DNA of 54,122 nucleotides, filler included, from Sphacelaria rigidula (lineage: Eukaryota): the NCBI GenBank assembly GCA_964200075.2. It is 5 parts of 5 records of this genome, joined end to end, with 100 filler letters (N's around TTAATTAATTAA, not from the genome) between each part and the next. Parts side by side here need not be neighbours in the genome. Positions count along the whole stretch, not along the records: positions 43,379 to 54,122 come from CAXNAA020005989.1; 4 more parts are not named here. One strand, 5' to 3'. Positions 51,016-54,122 of the stretch are shown piece by piece; positions within the stretch are counted from its first letter, which is position 1; each line of letters starts with the position of its first letter. The translations under genes and the position numbers were made by a program. The notes under the pieces were generated by a model that saw only the letters and a program-made list of their open reading frames with translations, was not told where the DNA came from and ran no database searches.

Positions 51016-52118
51016 CTTCGAGAAGGTTAACTCGCTGATAATGTGAGGGTAGTCGTCACGCCCGGCGAGCGATCATCAGCAGGCCGACCCCTCCTTTCCT
51101 CTTCCCAGTTCAACCTCAACTCCTCAGCCGATGGTTTGGCCCCTTCACGTGCTACAAATTCCCGCGACCTCTTCCGTTTACGTGTGACCCCCTTCGCTTG
51201 CGTGAACCTGAGAGATAAACGATACACTCCTCGCGACTTCTCCTCCCTTACACATGATATAGGAGTCTTCGCCCATGGAGTTTTACTCGCGTGATCACTG
51301 GGTGGCCCATCTTCCTCGTTCGTGTCGATGTTGTTGACTCGAGGGACGTTGTTGCTGTTGAGCGATTCCCCTGTGCAATGTGGCGGCGAATTGAAATTTG
51401 TCGTGGGTCACAGTACCTCGCCACGGACAGGAGGCGGCAGATAGGTCCATGTGCACCCATACGGCGGTGAAGGAAGTGGTATCGGAACAGCAGTGCATAC
51501 AGGTACGTGCAGTATAATCATCGAAAATACGATAGTACGCTCGTCGTGCAGGAAGCAGTATAATCATGGACACACAAGCCCCTCGTGTAGAGAGGCAGGA
51601 ACACCATCAAGGACCTAGAACTGCCGTACAGGCAGTAACACACTCGTTGTGCAAATATCTGCACGGTGCTTGATGACGAACAACATTTCAATCAAGAATT
51701 CAAACAGGAGTGGAAAAGCAGTCGTTCCAGACAGACGCCATTCCGCATATCACGCAGAAACATTTCGCCCAACACGAACCACATTCCCTGTAAAACATCA
51801 TGTCAGGCGTCAAGATTTGTCGAGACCGTGACCGCTGCCATGGAGAGGGTGGTATATCACGCCATGTGTCAAGTGCATGATGAGGCAGCTACAACATTAG
51901 TAACTAAACTCTCAAGATGTGGGCTTACCTGAGGGAACGACTGGCGCTTAAAAGCTGTCGTCGTGATCGCCCCCGGCAAGTTGCCCTCAGTGGGCCGACC
52001 CGCCCTCCCTTCTTCTCAGTATAGCCTCCACCCCTCGGCAGCTGCTTCGGCCGGCTTCCGTGTTTCAAATCGCAGTTATTTCTTCCACTCGGGCCTTTCG
52101 CCCTCTGCTGGCGTTAAC
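51016..52118 (-). pseudogene. Two paralogous exon-like segments (52118-51929 and 51207-51016), both decayed
   Basis: Each has a CAG acceptor and a GTAAGC or GTGAGT donor, is 190-192 bp long and aligns with the other (AAE.WRL..EE.R.GRP); in-frame stops are present. Confidence 0.45.
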
Positions 52119-52933
52119 CTGAGGAGGAGGCGAGGCTCTCTACAGCTCCTCTCTACATGCACAGTGGATGCAAAAGTCTTCCAACATATTTGTCCGCCCG
52201 TGGAACAGCTGGGCGGCGTGTTTTCGTTCTTCATCTCCGACATGATGATCAGGGTCATGTGTGGCGTACGTCAACACTTCTTTTACCACACGGGTCTAGT
52301 TCCACCGCATTTTGTTCGGCATGATGCAAAATTCTACGGTTTCAGATGCGTTCTTCATTCCCCGGCGCAACTCGCAAGTGACTTGACTCCAGTGTAGGAC
52401 TGACGGAATAAACAAGAGGGCATGGGCCCAGAAAGTAGAGCATTTGGGCATCCGCGCCTTGGAGGGACGATTAATTTGGTATGCAGATCACGGCTTATTT
52501 CATTTCTGTCGATGAGATATTGCTGTGAGAGCTCAAGTCCTCGTCTAGGCCAGCGCAGCTCGTACAGTTTTCGGCAAAACGTCGTTCATTTAATGAAAAA
52601 ACAAATGTACGTCCCGAAGTCACTCTTTGCATTTTGCGTTGTTCATTCTCTGTATCAAATTTGATATTCGCGTGGAATATGAGGGTCTCAAGGCAACGAA
52701 CGCATTGAACGATCTGAATGCCGATCGATAAATGAGTCCGCAAACGAGCAACAGTAAAGTCACGTCTCCCCCAAGCGCTCCAGGAGGCAACACGGAACGC
52801 ATGTCACGCAAATCAATGACTGAACCCCAAGAGACATCGACGCCATCCCTCGTTTCAGCGGTCAGGGGACTCAACGAACGGCTTCACAACTCGGGACGCC
52901 GCAGCATCTCGAACATTTCGAGTTCAACTTTAC

Positions 52934-53086
52934 CTCCGTCACCATCTCGCCGGTGAAGTCGTCGTACGAAAGATCGGTGTCCGGCCAAGTAAGGTCGGTC
53001 ATGGTGCCGGTGAGACGCTTGAACATGAAGAGTCGCTCCATTGTGGGATGCGTCACCCAGAAAGAGGGGTCGAGTGATGAGCTCGC
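52934..53086 (-). CDS. Tyrosinase-like gene, exon carrying the C-terminal CuB motif
   Basis: AACAG acceptor, GAG|GTAAAG donor; ASSSLDPSFWVTHPTMERLFMFKRLTGTMTDLTWPD... matches the S..DPxF...H...(D/E)RL signature. Phase 0 fits the next exon. Confidence 0.8.
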
Positions 53087-53711
53087 CTGTTCATTCCACA
53101 CGAAATGGGCGGGTTGATTATTTGTCGCACACTACTGAATTCGATAAGAACTTAGTCAGGTGCACTTCATATCACGCACCAAATCGGGAAGCTCAATATT
53201 CGCACGATACTGTACGCTACCTCGATGGCAAAGAATTTGCTTGACTGGATTGAACCCGTCCCCCGAAAAATTGGAGCAAACTTGCCCGTTGGCATAAGAC
53301 TCCTAGCTCCATATACATGATGCTCGTTGTCAAATCTGTGGAGTTCGGGGACCCATGATCATTTTCGAGCCGAGTCGCGTGCACATGTTCGGTGTTCACC
53401 GCTTCGTGAGGTGCCCCCTTCGACTGTGGGCTATGCCACTAGCGCTGCCAACACCAAACCAGGCGTCCTGTTCGAGTCTTTCATAGATACCTTCGGCGTG
53501 ACTACCATGTGTGACAGATGGAGCATGTTTGGTTGTTGTGCGTAGTGCGCATATCTTACACCAAATATGCACGCTTTCATGATGCCATAAAATCTCTTTG
53601 GTCGCAATTTTCATGACATTTCCTAGATCGTTCTCCTCATGTCCTAGTTAATTCTACAAGATTTTCCGACACGCACACGTTTCGATTCTTATCACAACTC
53701 CGGACTCATGG

Positions 53712-53932
53712 CGTAATGCGTGAGAGGATCGCGTGCTTGGAGGACCGCATTGTCATTTGAGAATCCCTATGATTAGGGTTGGGGTCAGGGTTAGTGTTCG
53801 TGTAGGGGTTAGGGTCAGGGACGTCCGTCATCCCCGCAGGGACTGGCCCGATTGGATTTAAAAAACTTCGGTTCCGAGGTGTTCCGAACTACGACGCGGT
53901 CTTTTAAGCACGCGGCCCTCTCACGTATTACA
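53712..53932. mobile_element. Second, more diverged copy of the TGT...ACA telomere-tract MITE (opposite orientation)
   Basis: CGTAATGCGTGAGAGGA.CGCGTGCTT / AAGCACGCGG.CCTCTCACGTATTACA ends, with an internal TTAGGG-like tract at 53772-53820. Confidence 0.85.
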
Positions 53933-54122
53933 GCGGTACCTCCGGACCTTTTCAATGCACAGTCCTCGACTTCTCGCGTTTGTTGGAAATATTGGCTCGT
54001 GTTGTGTGGCGCTGTCCTGAGGAACAGACCCACTACTGCCGCATCGGACAGTAGCACGGTTAGGACGAATAATGATTCGTCAGGAAATTACTTGGTTTTA
54101 GTATAATAAGTTGACTCGTTAT

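Overview
Repeat-rich eukaryotic genomic DNA, most likely from a brown alga (inferred from short exons in multi-kb introns, the LINE/SINE/MITE landscape and the style of the proteins). The window is not contiguous. It is five unlinked scaffolds of 10,745/10,745/10,744/10,744/10,744 bp joined by 100-bp N-TTAATTAATTAA-N linkers. Host genes appear only as spliced exons that the ORF track does not join: three frame-compatible 3' exons of a tyrosinase-like (type-3 copper) gene (53086-44311, minus), one exon of an N6AMT1/HemK2-like methyltransferase (26427-26568, plus) and four frame-compatible exons of an unidentified gene (42918-35061, minus). Most of the remainder is transposon-derived. A full-length but decayed Ty1/Copia element (LTRs, AATAA TSD) is nested in a hAT-type non-autonomous element, which itself interrupts a LINE. 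There are also LINE fragments, two tRNA-derived SINE families, a decayed IS630/Tc1/mariner-like transposase, several long foldback elements and MITEs (some carrying telomere-like TTAGGG tracts), 42-43-bp phased repeat arrays and a perfect 47-bp hairpin. No CRISPR array, intact tRNA/rRNA gene or prokaryotic system was found, and I cannot support a claim of a wholly new biological system here.
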